From an uncultured Enterobacteriaceae bacterium (GTDB taxonomy: Bacteria > Pseudomonadota > Gammaproteobacteria > Eutrophobiales > Eutrophobiaceae), in contig CAZGBJ010000003.1 in assembly GCA_964523895.1 (NCBI GenBank), positions 47,798 through 111,797 on the forward strand: 64,000 nucleotides of DNA, given 5' to 3'. Positions 1 through 11,650 of this stretch are shown one piece after another. How positions within the stretch are numbered: position 1 is the stretch's first letter; the number at the start of each line of letters is the position of its first letter. Below the pieces are notes generated by a model. That model searched no databases and was not told the origin of the DNA. It saw only the letters and a program-made list of their open reading frames with translations. The translations under genes were made by a program, and so were the position numbers.

Positions 1-103
1 GCATTTCGGTTTCAGCGATACGAATTTCTTTATGACCCCAATCGGCCAAAGAAATATCCGCAATTTGATAATCAGGTGTTGTAGATGTAGCTGCTACGCT
101 CAT
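1..103 (-). CDS. ahcY: S-adenosylhomocysteine hydrolase, 5' part (runs off window)
   Basis: Manual translation [34 protein letters not shown] matches the AhcY N-terminus; AGGAG SD upstream; follows metK. Confidence 0.92.
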   Translation of the reverse strand, partial: MSVAATSTTPDYQIADISLADWGHKEIRIAETEM

Positions 104-128
104 GTTGTTCTCCTATTAAACAAGATAA

Positions 129-210
129 GCGAGCGCCGTTGTTCATTTTCCGTGTCAGTTCCAAGCCTAGCGGATATCTACTTCTATCCGTCGCAACGCT
201 CCTCAGAACT
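129..210 (-). ncRNA. SAH riboswitch
   Basis: Minus strand CTGAGGAGCGTTGCGAC...CTAGGCTTGG...CAACGGCGCTCGC has the conserved SAH aptamer segments, directly 5' of ahcY. Confidence 0.9.
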
Positions 211-243
211 ACGGTTGTATTTTATAAAGCGGCGGGAGTATAG

Positions 244-308
244 CATGCCGCACCTTCTAAATCATACATGGTATAACATGCCGTTCTTTGCAAATCATAC
301 ATGGTATA
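244..308. repeat. Two-unit tandem repeat, 33-bp period
   Basis: CATGCCG at 244 and 277; AAATCATACATGGTATA at 259-275 and 292-308. Confidence 0.85.
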
Positions 309-373
309 GACCTGACCGCCTCGGTATTCAAAGCATGTTATCGTTATTTTTATATTTAACTTTAGCGGTATTT

Positions 374-1537
374 TTACGCTAAAGCGTCACTTAGTGCATC
401 TGCCTTGTCCGTTTTTTCCCAAGGCAAGTCAATATCACTACGACCAAAATGACCGTATGCCGCTGTTTGTCTATAAATAGGCTGCAACAGATCAAGCATA
501 TTGATAATGCCTTTAGGTCGAAGATCAAAGTTCTCGCGTATTGCTTCAATCAACTTAGCCTCATCAACCTGACTCGTACCAAAGGTCTCGACGCTGATGG
601 AGGTTGGTTCAGCAACACCAATCGCATAAGACACTTGTAATTCGCAACGATCCGCAAGACCAGCCGCGACAACATTTTTGGCAACATAACGTGCCGCATA
701 GGCAGCAGAACGATCCACCTTGGAAGGATCTTTTCCAGAAAAAGCACCGCCACCGTGACGTGCCATACCGCCGTAGGTATCAACAATAATTTTACGACCA
801 GTTAAACCACAATCGCCAACCGGACCACCAATAACAAATCGACCAGTAGGATTTACCAAATAGCGGGTTTTTTCAGTAATCATGTTTTCTGGAAGCACCG
901 GCTTGATAATCTGTTCAATTACTGCTTCTTCCAGATCTTTATGTTCTATTTCGGGATTATGCTGCGTCGACAATACGACGGTATCTATTGAAGTCGGTTT
1001 ACCATCCTCATACACCACGGTCACCTGTGATTTCGCATCGGGTCTTAACCAGGGTAATTGACCGTTCTTACGAACTTCAGCCTGTTTTTTAACTAAAAGA
1101 TGTGAATAAGTAATCGGGAATGGCATCAACACATCAGTTTCGTTACAAGCGTAACCAAACATCAAGCCCTGATCGCCCGCACCCTGATTTAAATCCAGAC
1201 CCTCACCTTCATTCACACCTTGAGCAATATCCGGTGACTGCTTATCAATTGAGACCAGGACGGCGCAAGACTCCCAATCAAAACCCATATCAGAGTGGTC
1301 ATAACCAATTTCACGGATGGTCTGTCGTGCAACATCCTGCATATCAACATAAGTCGACGTGGTAATCTCCCCTGAAAGCACCACCATGCCAGTGTTTACC
1401 ATGGTCTCACAAGCTATGCGCGCTTGCTTGTCATCCGTAAAAATTGCATCAACAACCGCATCAGATATTTGATCAGCTACTTTGTCCGGATGCCCTTCAG
1501 AAACAGATTCTGAAGTGAATAAATAATTATCAGCCAT
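374..1537 (-). CDS. metK: S-adenosylmethionine synthetase
   Basis: [28 protein letters not shown] motifs. Confidence 0.99.
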   Translation of the reverse strand: MADNYLFTSESVSEGHPDKVADQISDAVVDAIFTDDKQARIACETMVNTGMVVLSGEITTSTYVDMQDVARQTIREIGYDHSDMGFDWESCAVLVSIDKQSPDIAQGVNEGEGLDLNQGAGDQGLMFGYACNETDVLMPFPITYSHLLVKKQAEVRKNGQLPWLRPDAKSQVTVVYEDGKPTSIDTVVLSTQHNPEIEHKDLEEAVIEQIIKPVLPENMITEKTRYLVNPTGRFVIGGPVGDCGLTGRKIIVDTYGGMARHGGGAFSGKDPSKVDRSAAYAARYVAKNVVAAGLADRCELQVSYAIGVAEPTSISVETFGTSQVDEAKLIEAIRENFDLRPKGIINMLDLLQPIYRQTAAYGHFGRSDIDLPWEKTDKADALSDALA

Positions 1538-1670
1538 TAACTTTCCATCTATTGAGAAATTTTGAGGGAGCGAATTCTATCCTTATTAAGTTCTTATCGC
1601 ACGAAATATGACGAAATTTTTCTAAAAGCGATAAAATTCATCGCTAAACTCAATGCAGGCAACTTAAACT

Positions 1671-2225
1671 ATGGTCTTAAAGGAAACCCCGATTTGTAAC
1701 TTTGGTGAAAAAGCCATTGATTTCAAACTAGGCGGAATTGATGGAAAACAATGGTCTCTGGCTGATTGTGCTGGTGAGAATGGCACACTAATTATGTTTC
1801 TTTCTAACCACTGCCCTTATGTAAAAGCGATCCAGACCAGATTGGTCGAAGACACATTAAAATTACGTGATTCTGGAATAAACAGTATTGCCATCATGTC
1901 CAACGACGCCACTGATTACCCTGAGGACTCTTTCGAAAATATGAAAAAAGTCTCTGAAAGCTTTCATTTCCCTTTTCCCTACCTACATGATGAATCTCAG
2001 GAAGTAGCAAAAGCCTATAATGCCATTTGCACCCCGGATTTTTTTGGATACAACAAAGCCCTTGAATTGCAATATCGTGGTCGCCTGGATGCTAGTGGAA
2101 TGAAGCCTCACACAAAAGAAATAAAGCGCGATTTGCTTGACGCGATGACAGAAGTTGCCAAAACGAACCTTGGGCCACGCAAACAATTCGCCAGTATCGG
2201 CTGCTCAATAAAGTGGAAGGAATGA
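1671..2225 (+). CDS. Thioredoxin-fold AhpC/TSA (redoxin) family protein
   Basis: SNHCPYV, SFENM, CTPDFF, SIGCSIKW typical of the PRX-like family. Confidence 0.85.
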   Translation: MVLKETPICNFGEKAIDFKLGGIDGKQWSLADCAGENGTLIMFLSNHCPYVKAIQTRLVEDTLKLRDSGINSIAIMSNDATDYPEDSFENMKKVSESFHFPFPYLHDESQEVAKAYNAICTPDFFGYNKALELQYRGRLDASGMKPHTKEIKRDLLDAMTEVAKTNLGPRKQFASIGCSIKWKE

Positions 2226-2398
2226 GTGTTAGCATCTTGCCCATAACGAGCAGGTAAGCGATAATAAATAGCTAGATTTTTGGATAACACCCTGTCTGTA
2301 TCGCCGCAAACAAGCGGATTTTAAGCGCTGCACTTTTGATCACCTCTCGGCTTTGGTGACACAACACCAGGCTTCGTACTCGACACAATTAAACATAC

Positions 2399-2586
2399 GG
2401 GCGTCTCTGAAAATAGAATTATTTTTGTGAGAACAAGAAAGTACCGCGCACACGACTGCATGGATGCAGGAGGTAGAGCGACGCAGGAAGCCAAAGCCGA
2501 GAACCGCAGTGTATGAGTATTACATGAGGATTCGAGCACGGTGCTGACACAGTTATCGCGGAAATAAGACATTTTCAGAGGTGCCC
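2399..2586. mobile_element. MITE-like element carrying 49-bp core cassette (2453-2501)
   Basis: Imperfect terminal inverted repeats GGGCGTCTCTGAAAAT / ATTTTCAGAGGTGCCC; no coding capacity. Confidence 0.75.
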
Positions 2587-2624
2587 TAACTTTTATAGGC
2601 TTAAGGCCTTATTGGGGGAATAAA

Positions 2625-4622
2625 ATGCTTTCAAGGCATGAACTTGCCAATGCGATTCGTGCATTAAGTATGGATGCCGTACAACGTGCAAATTCGGGAC
2701 ATCCAGGTGCACCGATGGGCATGGCGGATATTGCTGAAGTCTTGTGGAATGATTTTCTACAGCATAATCCTGCCAATCCAGACTGGGATAATCGCGACCG
2801 CTTCGTCATGTCTAATGGTCATGGCTCGATGTTGGTCTATTCCTTATTGCACCTTACCGGTTATGACCTGGTTATCGATGAACTCAAAAACTTTCGCCAA
2901 TTGCATTCTAAAACACCTGGTCATCCTGAATACGGTTACGCGCCTGGAGTAGAAACAACAACGGGTCCTCTGGGTCAAGGCATTACCAATGCCGTTGGTA
3001 TGGCATTGGCAGAATCAGTATTAGCTGCAAAATTTAATAAAGACGATTTTAATATCGTCGATCACTACACTTATGTCACTGTCGGTGATGGTTGTTTAAT
3101 GGAAGGTATCTCACACGAAGCCTGCTCTCTTGCTGGCACACTAGGTCTGGGCAAATTAATCACCTTCTATGATAGTAATCAGATCTCCATCGATGGTGAT
3201 ATTGAAGGCTGGTTTGCTGAAGATGTTGCCGCACGCTTTGAAGCCTACGGTTGGCATGTGATTCGTGATGTTGATGGTCATAACCCTGATGAGATTAAAA
3301 AAGCGATTGAAGACGCCATCGCTAATAAGTCACAACCTAGCATACTGTGTTGTAACACCATCATCGGTTGGGGATCACCTAACAAAGAAGGAAAAGCATC
3401 GAGTCACGGTGCGCCTTTAGGTGATGATGAAATAATATTGACTCGTGAAAAGCTGGGCTGGAAACATGATGCCTTTGTCATTCCCGATGAAGTCTATGCG
3501 GGATGGGATGCCAAAGAACGTGGTAAAGAACTAGAGTCCGCATGGAATGAAAAATTATCTGCTTATTCATCTGCGCATCCTGAATTGGCAGCAGAATATC
3601 AACGCCGCATGAATGGCGCGTTACCAGATAACTGGAATGACGTTGTTAATGACTATATTAAGACAACGAATGAAAAGGCCGAGTCTATTGCCTCACGTAA
3701 GGCATCACAAAATTCTATCGAAGCATTTGCTAAACATCTTCCAGAATTGATTGGTGGCTCAGCTGATCTTGCCTGTTCCAATCTAACCAGCTGGTCAGGA
3801 ACAGTAGCTATAAGCAATGAAAATAAAGATGGCAACACCATTAATTATGGTGTGCGTGAATTCGCGATGTCTGCTATCAATACCGGTATTTCACTACATG
3901 GCGGTTTTATTCCTTACTCGGCAACTTTTTTAATGTTTTCCGAATATGCAAGAAATGCCTTACGCATGTCAGCATTGATGAAAAAGCAAAACATCTTTAT
4001 CTATACGCATGACTCAATCGGCCTGGGTGAAGATGGCCCAACCCACCAAGCAGTTGAACAAGCTTCAACACTACGTTTAATGCCAAACATGTCACTATGG
4101 CGTCCTTGTGATGCCGTAGAATCTGCAATTGCATGGAAGGCGGCAATTGAGCGACATGATGGTCCAACAAGTTTGTTGTTTTCTCGCCAAGGTCTGGCAC
4201 ATATGCAACGAGATGATGCGCAGCTGAATAATATTCAACGCGGTGGCTATGTATTACTTAATGGCAGTGATAATCCTGATGCTATTATTATTGCAACCGG
4301 CTCTGAAATAGAAATGGCGGTTAATACAGCGAAGAAATTAAATTCAGACGGTAAAAAAATTCGCGTTGTCTCGATGCCTAGTACCGATAGTTACGATCAA
4401 CAAGACGATGCTTACAAAGAATCTGTTTTACCTGATGCCTGTCGCAAGCGTATTGCTGTTGAAGCAGGTGTTACCGAATATTGGAGAAAGTATATCGGTC
4501 TTGATGGCACAGCACTTGGTATCGACACCTTTGGTGAATCAGCACCGGCAAAAGAAGTCTACAAACATTTCGGACTGACTGAAGAAAACCTGATCAAAAC
4601 AGTAAGTGATTTAATTAAATAA
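2625..4622 (+). CDS. tkt: Transketolase
   Basis: [34 protein letters not shown] motifs. Confidence 0.99.
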   Translation: MLSRHELANAIRALSMDAVQRANSGHPGAPMGMADIAEVLWNDFLQHNPANPDWDNRDRFVMSNGHGSMLVYSLLHLTGYDLVIDELKNFRQLHSKTPGHPEYGYAPGVETTTGPLGQGITNAVGMALAESVLAAKFNKDDFNIVDHYTYVTVGDGCLMEGISHEACSLAGTLGLGKLITFYDSNQISIDGDIEGWFAEDVAARFEAYGWHVIRDVDGHNPDEIKKAIEDAIANKSQPSILCCNTIIGWGSPNKEGKASSHGAPLGDDEIILTREKLGWKHDAFVIPDEVYAGWDAKERGKELESAWNEKLSAYSSAHPELAAEYQRRMNGALPDNWNDVVNDYIKTTNEKAESIASRKASQNSIEAFAKHLPELIGGSADLACSNLTSWSGTVAISNENKDGNTINYGVREFAMSAINTGISLHGGFIPYSATFLMFSEYARNALRMSALMKKQNIFIYTHDSIGLGEDGPTHQAVEQASTLRLMPNMSLWRPCDAVESAIAWKAAIERHDGPTSLLFSRQGLAHMQRDDAQLNNIQRGGYVLLNGSDNPDAIIIATGSEIEMAVNTAKKLNSDGKKIRVVSMPSTDSYDQQDDAYKESVLPDACRKRIAVEAGVTEYWRKYIGLDGTALGIDTFGESAPAKEVYKHFGLTEENLIKTVSDLIK

Positions 4623-4657
4623 GCAACAAAACAATTATAAAAAGTGGAGTATGAAGA

Positions 4658-5671
4658 ATGGCAATTAAAGTAGGTATCAATGGCTACGGTCGTATTGGTC
4701 GCAACATCTTACGTGCGGTATATGAAGCAGGACGAACCGATGAAATTCAGATCGTCGCTATTAATGATTTAGGCGATTCAAATGCCAATGCTCATCTTAC
4801 TCAATATGATACCGCTCATGGAAAATTTCCGGGTACTGTTGTTGTCGAAGGTGACAATATGATTGTTAATGGTGACAAAGTACGTGTCCTTTCAGAACGT
4901 GATCCGGCTAACTTACCCTGGGGAGAATTAGGTGTTGATGTCGTACTGGAATCAACCGGCTTTTTTGCCAGTAAAGCTAAAGCAAGTGCTCACCTTACCG
5001 GTGGTGCTAAGAAAGTCATTATATCTGCACCCGGTGGCAGTGATGTAGATGCCACGGTTGTTTATGGAGTTAATCATGGCGTACTTAAATCTAGCGACAC
5101 AGTAATTTCAAATGCATCATGTACCACTAACTGTCTAGCACCTGTTGCAAAAGTTATTCATGAAAACATCGGTATGGTTGCGGGCGTTATGACCACAATT
5201 CATGCTTATACCAATGATCAGGTTTTAACCGATGTTTATCATTCGGATTTACGCCGTGCACGTTCTGCGACCATGTCTATGATTCCGACCAAGACCGGAG
5301 CTGCTGCTGCAGTAGGATTGGTATTACCAGAACTAAACGGAAAGCTTGATGGCTTTTCTGTTCGTGTCCCAACGATCAATGTTTCTATGGTTGACTTAAG
5401 TTTTACCGCTGCAAGAGATACGTCTATCGAAGAAATTAATAGCTTAATGAAAACCGCTGCAGAAGGCCCACTTAAAGGTGTGCTTGCTTATAATGAAGCA
5501 CCGTTAGTCTCTATCGATTTTAATCATGACCCGGCATCATCAACCTTTGACGCATCATTAACCAAGGTTCTTGAAGGTAAATTGGTTAAAGTCATTGCAT
5601 GGTATGACAATGAGTGGGGCTTTTCTAATCGTATGTTAGATACTACTGTTGCATTAATGAACGCAAGTTAG
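4658..5671 (+). CDS. gap: Glyceraldehyde-3-phosphate dehydrogenase type I
   Basis: [29 protein letters not shown]. Confidence 0.98.
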   Translation: MAIKVGINGYGRIGRNILRAVYEAGRTDEIQIVAINDLGDSNANAHLTQYDTAHGKFPGTVVVEGDNMIVNGDKVRVLSERDPANLPWGELGVDVVLESTGFFASKAKASAHLTGGAKKVIISAPGGSDVDATVVYGVNHGVLKSSDTVISNASCTTNCLAPVAKVIHENIGMVAGVMTTIHAYTNDQVLTDVYHSDLRRARSATMSMIPTKTGAAAAVGLVLPELNGKLDGFSVRVPTINVSMVDLSFTAARDTSIEEINSLMKTAAEGPLKGVLAYNEAPLVSIDFNHDPASSTFDASLTKVLEGKLVKVIAWYDNEWGFSNRMLDTTVALMNAS

Positions 5672-5687
5672 AGAATAATATAAAGAA

Positions 5688-6899
5688 GTGTCAATACTGG
5701 TAAAAATTGCTGATCTGGATTTGTCGGGTAAGACGGTACTTATCCGTGAAGATTTTAATGTCCCGATAAAAAATGGTGAAGTCACTAGTGACATACGAAT
5801 TCGTGCCGCAATACCAACACTCAAGGAAGTACTAGATGCAGGTGCGAAAATAATTTTAGTATCTCATTTAGGTCGTCCTGTTGCTGGCGAATATGACGAT
5901 GCCTTTTCACTTGCGCCTGTCGCTAAATCATTAAGCGATCTTCTGAACATTAATGTTCCAGTAATTAAAGACTGGGTCAGTGGCATTAACATGGCAGATC
6001 ATCGGGTTGTGCTTTGCGAAAATGTACGCTTCGAACCAGGCGAAACAAAAAATGATGATGAACTTGCACGTCACATGGCACAGCTATGCCAGGTTTATAT
6101 CAATGATGCCTTTGCAACTGCACATCGCGCACAGGCATCAACACACGGCGTCGCTAAATATGCTGGAATATCAGCGGCAGGACCTTTACTGATTAATGAA
6201 TTAAAATCGTTATCTAAAGCGTTAAGAGAACCTGAAAAACCGGTTATTGCGATCGTTGGTGGCGCAAAAGTATCAAGCAAACTTACCATTCTTGAAAGCC
6301 TGTCCGAAAAGGTTGACCAGTTAATTGTTGGTGGTGGCATTGTAAATACCTTTTTAAAAGCGGCCGGCTATGAAGTTGGCAAATCGCTTTATGAAGCTGA
6401 TTTGGTTGAGGTCGCTAGTAGACTCATGGAACAAGCTGAAGAGAATGGTTGCCAGATTCCATTACCTATTGATGTTATTTGCGGTAAGGAATTTGATGAG
6501 AAAACAAAAGCGGAAACAAAATTAATCAGCGATGTCGAAACTGACGATATGATTATGGATGTTGGTCCTGAAACAACGAAGATGCTAAATAAGATGATTG
6601 CTAAAGCAAAGACTATCGTCTGGAATGGTCCTCTTGGCGTTTTTGAATTTGATCAATTTAGTAATGGTACTAAGGGGCTTGCAAAAGCTATTGCTGATAG
6701 TGGTGCGTACTCTATTGCCGGAGGCGGGGACACTATTGCCGCTATTTCAAAATTTGGTGTTGAAAACAACATCTCTTATATCTCAACCGGTGGCGGTGCT
6801 TTTCTTGAATTTCTTGAAGGCAAGAAACTTCCTGCTATCGAGATCCTCGAAGAAGCTGCGCGCGCCTGGACTGCGATGGAACAGGCAAGGGAACTGTAA
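5688..6899 (+). CDS. pgk: Phosphoglycerate kinase
   Basis: REDFNVP, SHLGRP, AGGGDT, STGGGAFLE. Confidence 0.98.
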   Translation: MSILVKIADLDLSGKTVLIREDFNVPIKNGEVTSDIRIRAAIPTLKEVLDAGAKIILVSHLGRPVAGEYDDAFSLAPVAKSLSDLLNINVPVIKDWVSGINMADHRVVLCENVRFEPGETKNDDELARHMAQLCQVYINDAFATAHRAQASTHGVAKYAGISAAGPLLINELKSLSKALREPEKPVIAIVGGAKVSSKLTILESLSEKVDQLIVGGGIVNTFLKAAGYEVGKSLYEADLVEVASRLMEQAEENGCQIPLPIDVICGKEFDEKTKAETKLISDVETDDMIMDVGPETTKMLNKMIAKAKTIVWNGPLGVFEFDQFSNGTKGLAKAIADSGAYSIAGGGDTIAAISKFGVENNISYISTGGGAFLEFLEGKKLPAIEILEEAARAWTAMEQAREL

Positions 6900-6972
6900 A
6901 AAATTCTTTATATTTAGAATATGACAAACAACGCTTAATAATAATTATAATAAAATGGACAACCACTAGCAG

Positions 6973-8415
6973 ATGAGAAGAACTAAAATTATTGCAACGC
7001 TTGGGCCAGCTACTGATAAAGCAGGTATGTTGGAGAAGTTGCTTGATGCAGGGGTTGATGTATTTCGACTTAACTATTCTCATCAAACGCATGCAGATCA
7101 TGAAAGACGGATAAATGAAATTCGTCAACTGTCTCATAAAAATAAACACGCCGTTGCTGTCATAGCAGACTTGCAAGGCCCAAAGATTCGGATAGAGCAT
7201 TTCAAAAAAGGGAAAGTTCAACTACTGGAAGGTGCTAATTTTAAAATTAATACTAATCTCGCTACTGAAGATGGTGATGAAACTCAGGTTGGCGTCACTT
7301 ACAAAGAGCTCGCTAAAGATGTAAAAGCAAAAGACAAATTGTTAATCGACGATGGAAAAATTGTTTTGCATGTTAAATCTGTCGATAAACATATTATTGA
7401 TTGCGAAGTTGTCACTGGCGGAGAATTAAGTAACAACAAGGGCATCAATCTTCAAGGCGGTGGCTTATCAGCAAGTGCCGTTACTGAAAAAGATGTCGAA
7501 GATATGAAGCATGCTGCTGAAATAAAAGTCGATTATATAGCCATCTCATTTCCAAGAGATGAAAACGATGTGAAGAAAGCACGTAAGATGATGGATGAAT
7601 GTAATTGTGCTGCACGATTAATTTCAAAAATTGAACGTGCCGAAGCACTTAATCATATTGAGGAAATCATTGAAGCTTCTGATGCGATCATGATTGCACG
7701 CGGTGATTTAGGTGTAGAAATTGGTGATGCTGCTTTACCGCCCGTACAAAAAAGCCTGATTAAAATGGCAAGAGATATGGATACAGCAGTCATAACGGCA
7801 ACGCAAATGATGGAATCTATGACCGAACATAAAATTCCGACTCGTGCTGAAGTGTTTGATGTTGCCAATGCCGTTATTGATGGTACCGATGCGGTAATGT
7901 TATCTGGCGAAACCAGTATTGGTCTTTATCCAGATAAAGTGGTTGAAGCAATGTCACGTGTTTGTGAAGAAGCAGAAAAGCAGCGCAGCGTGCGTATATC
8001 AGATCATCGTATTAATCAACGTTTTGAAACTATTTCAGAAGCTGTCGCTATGTCGACCATGTATGCTGCGAACCATATAGGCGCTAAAGCAATTTGTACA
8101 CTAACCGAAACTGGCGGAACTTGCTTATGGATGTCACGTATTAGTTCAGGCTTGCCTATCTTTGCATTTACCAGACATACTTCTACGCGAAGACGAGTCG
8201 CATTGTACCGTGGCGTTTATCCTATGAAACTGGATATCACCCATACTGATCCACTGGAAGCAAACAAACAAATGGTCGATCAACTAATAGCTCAAGGCAC
8301 TGTTGAAGATGGTGATTATGTCATTATTACTAAAGGTGACTTGCGAGGTAAACGCGGCGGCACTAACAATATGAAAATCATTCAAGTAGGACAGGCACTA
8401 GAACATACTCTTTAA
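6973..8415 (+). CDS. pyk: Pyruvate kinase
   Basis: RRTKIIATLGPA, DLQGPKIR, ARGDLGVE, VMLSGET. Confidence 0.98.
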   Translation: MRRTKIIATLGPATDKAGMLEKLLDAGVDVFRLNYSHQTHADHERRINEIRQLSHKNKHAVAVIADLQGPKIRIEHFKKGKVQLLEGANFKINTNLATEDGDETQVGVTYKELAKDVKAKDKLLIDDGKIVLHVKSVDKHIIDCEVVTGGELSNNKGINLQGGGLSASAVTEKDVEDMKHAAEIKVDYIAISFPRDENDVKKARKMMDECNCAARLISKIERAEALNHIEEIIEASDAIMIARGDLGVEIGDAALPPVQKSLIKMARDMDTAVITATQMMESMTEHKIPTRAEVFDVANAVIDGTDAVMLSGETSIGLYPDKVVEAMSRVCEEAEKQRSVRISDHRINQRFETISEAVAMSTMYAANHIGAKAICTLTETGGTCLWMSRISSGLPIFAFTRHTSTRRRVALYRGVYPMKLDITHTDPLEANKQMVDQLIAQGTVEDGDYVIITKGDLRGKRGGTNNMKIIQVGQALEHTL

Positions 8416-8463
8416 AAGAATCACACAAATAACACTATAAATAGCGTTAACGAGGCAAATAAA

Positions 8464-9486
8464 ATGAGCGCAGCAGAACTCGAAGCAACAGCAAAAACAA
8501 TGGTAGAAAATGGTAAAGGTATTCTTGCCATAGACGAAAGCACACCAACTATAGGCAAGCGGTTTGATACGATTAATCTCGAATCGACTGAAGAAAATAG
8601 ACGCACCTATCGTGATTTATTAATCACTAACCCCGGTGGCAAAGAATACATCAGTGGCATGATTCTTTTTGATGAAACAATTCGTCAATCAACCAGTGAT
8701 GGTACGCCTTTCGCTAAAGCATTAATTGATCAAGGCATCATGCCTGGAATTAAAGTCGATACTGGCGCTAAGGAGTTTGCTCGACATCCGGATGAAAAAA
8801 TCACTGAAGGTCTTGATGGCCTACGTGATCGCTTGGCCGAGTATAAAGAACTTGGTGCTAAATTTGCCAAATGGCGAGCTGTTATAACCATTGGAGATAA
8901 TATTCCAAGTCAGGCATGTATCGATGCTAATGCACATGCACTTGCTCGTTACGCCGGACTCTGTCAGGAAGCAGGCATTGTTCCTATGGTTGAGCCTGAA
9001 GTTTTAATGGATGCAGATAATACAATTGAACGTTGTTATGAAGTAACTGAAAAAACATTATCAACATTATTCAATGCACTTAAGAGTCAGGATGTCAGTA
9101 TTGAACACACCATCTTAAAAATTAATATGGTGATCTCTGGCAAGCAATGTTCAACACAAGCTGATGTACAGGAGGTAGCAGATAAAACGGTAGAATGTCT
9201 ACTCAAGAACGTACCTGCTGAACTTCCTGGTATCGTTTTTCTTTCTGGCGGACAAAGTGAGGAACTGGCAACAGCCCACCTTAATGCAATGAACGCTGGT
9301 AATTCTGACCTTCCCTGGCCATTAAGCTTTTCTTATGGACGCGCACTACAAGCACCATGTATTAAAGCATGGGGTGGTAAAGCCGAAAATGTTGAAGCTG
9401 CACAAAAAGCTTTATTGCATCGTTCTAAATGTAATAGCCTGGCTTGCAAAGGCGAGTACAACGCAGATATGGAAAATATTTCTTAA
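8464..9486 (+). CDS. fba: Fructose-bisphosphate aldolase class I
   Basis: GILAIDES, FAKWR, VEPEVL, FLSGGQSE, FSYGRALQ. Confidence 0.96.
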   Translation: MSAAELEATAKTMVENGKGILAIDESTPTIGKRFDTINLESTEENRRTYRDLLITNPGGKEYISGMILFDETIRQSTSDGTPFAKALIDQGIMPGIKVDTGAKEFARHPDEKITEGLDGLRDRLAEYKELGAKFAKWRAVITIGDNIPSQACIDANAHALARYAGLCQEAGIVPMVEPEVLMDADNTIERCYEVTEKTLSTLFNALKSQDVSIEHTILKINMVISGKQCSTQADVQEVADKTVECLLKNVPAELPGIVFLSGGQSEELATAHLNAMNAGNSDLPWPLSFSYGRALQAPCIKAWGGKAENVEAAQKALLHRSKCNSLACKGEYNADMENIS

Positions 9487-9498
9487 AAATTAATACTC

Positions 9499-9762
9499 AT
9501 GTCAGATATTAATTTAACTGAAGAGGCAAGTGCCGCCTATCAAGCCTTTCAGGCAATGCGAGAAAGCAAACAAACATACTTTACATTCCTGCAAGAAATT
9601 GATGTCAAATACAAAGAAGGTGGTGAAGCAAGCAGTAATGAAACCGAGGAGCTTTCAAAGCTCCTCGCTAGTCATAGTGAAAAAGTCGCTGTATTCAATG
9701 ATGCAATGAAAGCCGTTGAAGACTTTGAAGCAAGAGATGCATTAATTAAACTGATGTCTTAA
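9499..9762 (+). CDS. Hypothetical helical protein
   Basis: 87-aa ORF 12 bp after fba on the same strand; no family recognised. Confidence 0.65.
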   Translation: MSDINLTEEASAAYQAFQAMRESKQTYFTFLQEIDVKYKEGGEASSNETEELSKLLASHSEKVAVFNDAMKAVEDFEARDALIKLMS

Positions 9763-9783
9763 CCCCGTTTAATTAGAATCTTA

Positions 9784-9987
9784 TTACTGATTTTCTAACG
9801 CATTGCGGGTATTTTCAGCCGCATCCATCATTATTCCTTCAACTTCTTTTGCTTTATTGATCGTGTCCGTTTGTTCTTTCCAAACGTGATCTTCTTTAGC
9901 TGCCGTACCGCTATTTCCTTCATCGGAACAGGCTATAAGAAATAAACATAAACTCGTTAATAACGATAACCTTATAAATTTGCCCAT
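9784..9987 (-). CDS. Small putative lipoprotein
   Basis: Signal peptide with lipobox-like LIAC; SD-like GGAG upstream. Confidence 0.7.
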   Translation of the reverse strand: MGKFIRLSLLTSLCLFLIACSDEGNSGTAAKEDHVWKEQTDTINKAKEVEGIMMDAAENTRNALENQ

Positions 9988-10004
9988 AACCAGCTCCTAT
10001 TTGT

Positions 10005-10652
10005 TTATTCTTCTAATTGAATATCTTCTACTGGAACAAAGTCATCACCTTGTTTACCTAATAAACTACCGGAATCAATATCGAAATACCAGCCATGCAC
10101 GAATAGTTTTCCTTCATCATAACGCTCCTTAATCCAAGGGAAAGTCATTAAGTTTTTTAATGACGTTTCAATTGATGCCTTTTCACAAAGCGTACATTGT
10201 TCTGAAAACTCTTTATCACCGTGTTCTTCTAATATCTTATTACGCGCTGACTTCGCTATCTCCATCCATGGATCGATAAACACATATTTATGATCTAGAT
10301 GATCTCCTTCCATTAAACTTTTAATACCACCACACTGACTATGTCCAAAAACAATAATATGTTTTACTTCGAGATGCTTTATCGCAAACTCCATCGCAGC
10401 ACTGGTACCGTGAGACTTATCATCGGGTTCGTTAACCGGAACAAGATTAGCAACATTACGAATAACGAAAATATCACCCGGAACGGTATCCATAACTTGA
10501 GCAGGATGGACACGCGAATCACAACAGGATATCACTAGAAATTTTGGTGACTGACCTTGTTCAAATAAACTATTATAAACTTCCGGTTGCTCTTCAAAAT
10601 ATTTTTGATGAAAACGTTGATAGCCATCAATTAAATTAATTATCTCTTTCAT
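10005..10652 (-). CDS. can: Beta-class carbonic anhydrase
   Basis: CCDSRV, RNVAN, GHSQCGG zinc ligands. Confidence 0.96.
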   Translation of the reverse strand: MKEIINLIDGYQRFHQKYFEEQPEVYNSLFEQGQSPKFLVISCCDSRVHPAQVMDTVPGDIFVIRNVANLVPVNEPDDKSHGTSAAMEFAIKHLEVKHIIVFGHSQCGGIKSLMEGDHLDHKYVFIDPWMEIAKSARNKILEEHGDKEFSEQCTLCEKASIETSLKNLMTFPWIKERYDEGKLFVHGWYFDIDSGSLLGKQGDDFVPVEDIQLEE

Positions 10653-10668
10653 TCAGTCTACTTACCTC

Positions 10669-11598
10669 TTACAGTATTAATTTATCGCGTGCTTCTTCGT
10701 ATTTTGCCGCGGTGTTATTCATCACTTCTTCTGGCAATTTTGGCCCAGGTGCCGTTTTATCCCAATCTAGTGTTTCCAGATAATCCCTAATATATTGCTT
10801 ATCAAAACTGGGCGGACTTGTGCCCACCTCATATGATTCTACAGGCCAGAATCGTGATGAATCCGGTGTTAAAACTTCATCAATCAAAACAAGTTCTTCA
10901 TTTTCGTCCAGACCAAATTCAAATTTGGTATCAGCAATAATAATGCCTTTTGTCCGAGCATATTCCACTGCCTGAGTGTAAATTTTCAAACTAATATCGC
11001 GAACCTGCTCTGCCAGTTTTTTCCCGATCAACTTAACAGTTTCATCAAAATCAATGTTCTCATCATGGTCACCAACATCGGCTTTTGTTGCGGGAGTAAA
11101 AATGGGTTCCGGCAATTTTTCGGCTTGTTGTAAACCTGATGGTAGACTGATTCCACAAACAGAACCCGTTGCTTGATAATCCTTCCAGCCAGAGCCAATT
11201 AAGTAACCACGGATAACTGCTTCGATAGGTAAAGGTTTTAATTTTCTTACAACAATAGCTCGGCCTGCCAAAACGTCGAGCTCGTCTGTTTCTTTAATCA
11301 CATCTTTAACCGGAATATCAGTCAAATGATTTGGAAGAATACTTTCACACCGTTTAAACCAGAAATTAGACACTTCTGTTAACACGCGACCTTTACCAGG
11401 AATTGGATCGGGTAAAATAACATCAAACGCTGAGAGCCGATCACTGGTTACGATCAACATATGCTGATCATCAATACCGTATATATCCCTGACCTTGCCA
11501 TTACTAATAAGCGGTAAACTTTTAATATGAGAACGATAAAGTACGTCTGATTTGGATTGCATAATGTTAAAAACGAGCCCTTCTTTATAAAGCGCCAT
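10669..11598 (-). CDS. purC: SAICAR synthetase (probable start 11562)
   Basis: [34 protein letters not shown]. Confidence 0.97.
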   Translation of the reverse strand: MALYKEGLVFNIMQSKSDVLYRSHIKSLPLISNGKVRDIYGIDDQHMLIVTSDRLSAFDVILPDPIPGKGRVLTEVSNFWFKRCESILPNHLTDIPVKDVIKETDELDVLAGRAIVVRKLKPLPIEAVIRGYLIGSGWKDYQATGSVCGISLPSGLQQAEKLPEPIFTPATKADVGDHDENIDFDETVKLIGKKLAEQVRDISLKIYTQAVEYARTKGIIIADTKFEFGLDENEELVLIDEVLTPDSSRFWPVESYEVGTSPPSFDKQYIRDYLETLDWDKTAPGPKLPEEVMNNTAAKYEEARDKLIL

Positions 11599-11650
11599 TC
11601 TCCCACACTCGCTAGATTTCAGCTATTGCTCGCTGCAAGAAAAAAACTGC

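Noticed and set aside
244-308. CRISPR mini-array
   Set aside because: Only two units, 8-nt variable part, no cas genes in the window.
32-382. 116-aa plus-strand ORF and the many short ORFs antisense to or nested in core genes
   Set aside because: They overlap ahcY, the riboswitch or well-supported genes, and show no recognisable motifs; treated as shadow ORFs.
2309-2320. ACAAGCGG as a Pasteurellaceae-type DNA uptake sequence
   Set aside because: Only three copies noticed in 64 kb, none in coding DNA; true uptake sequences are far denser.
2321-2572. 83-aa ORF, also 27935-28117
   Set aside because: These are translations of repeat elements, not credible proteins.
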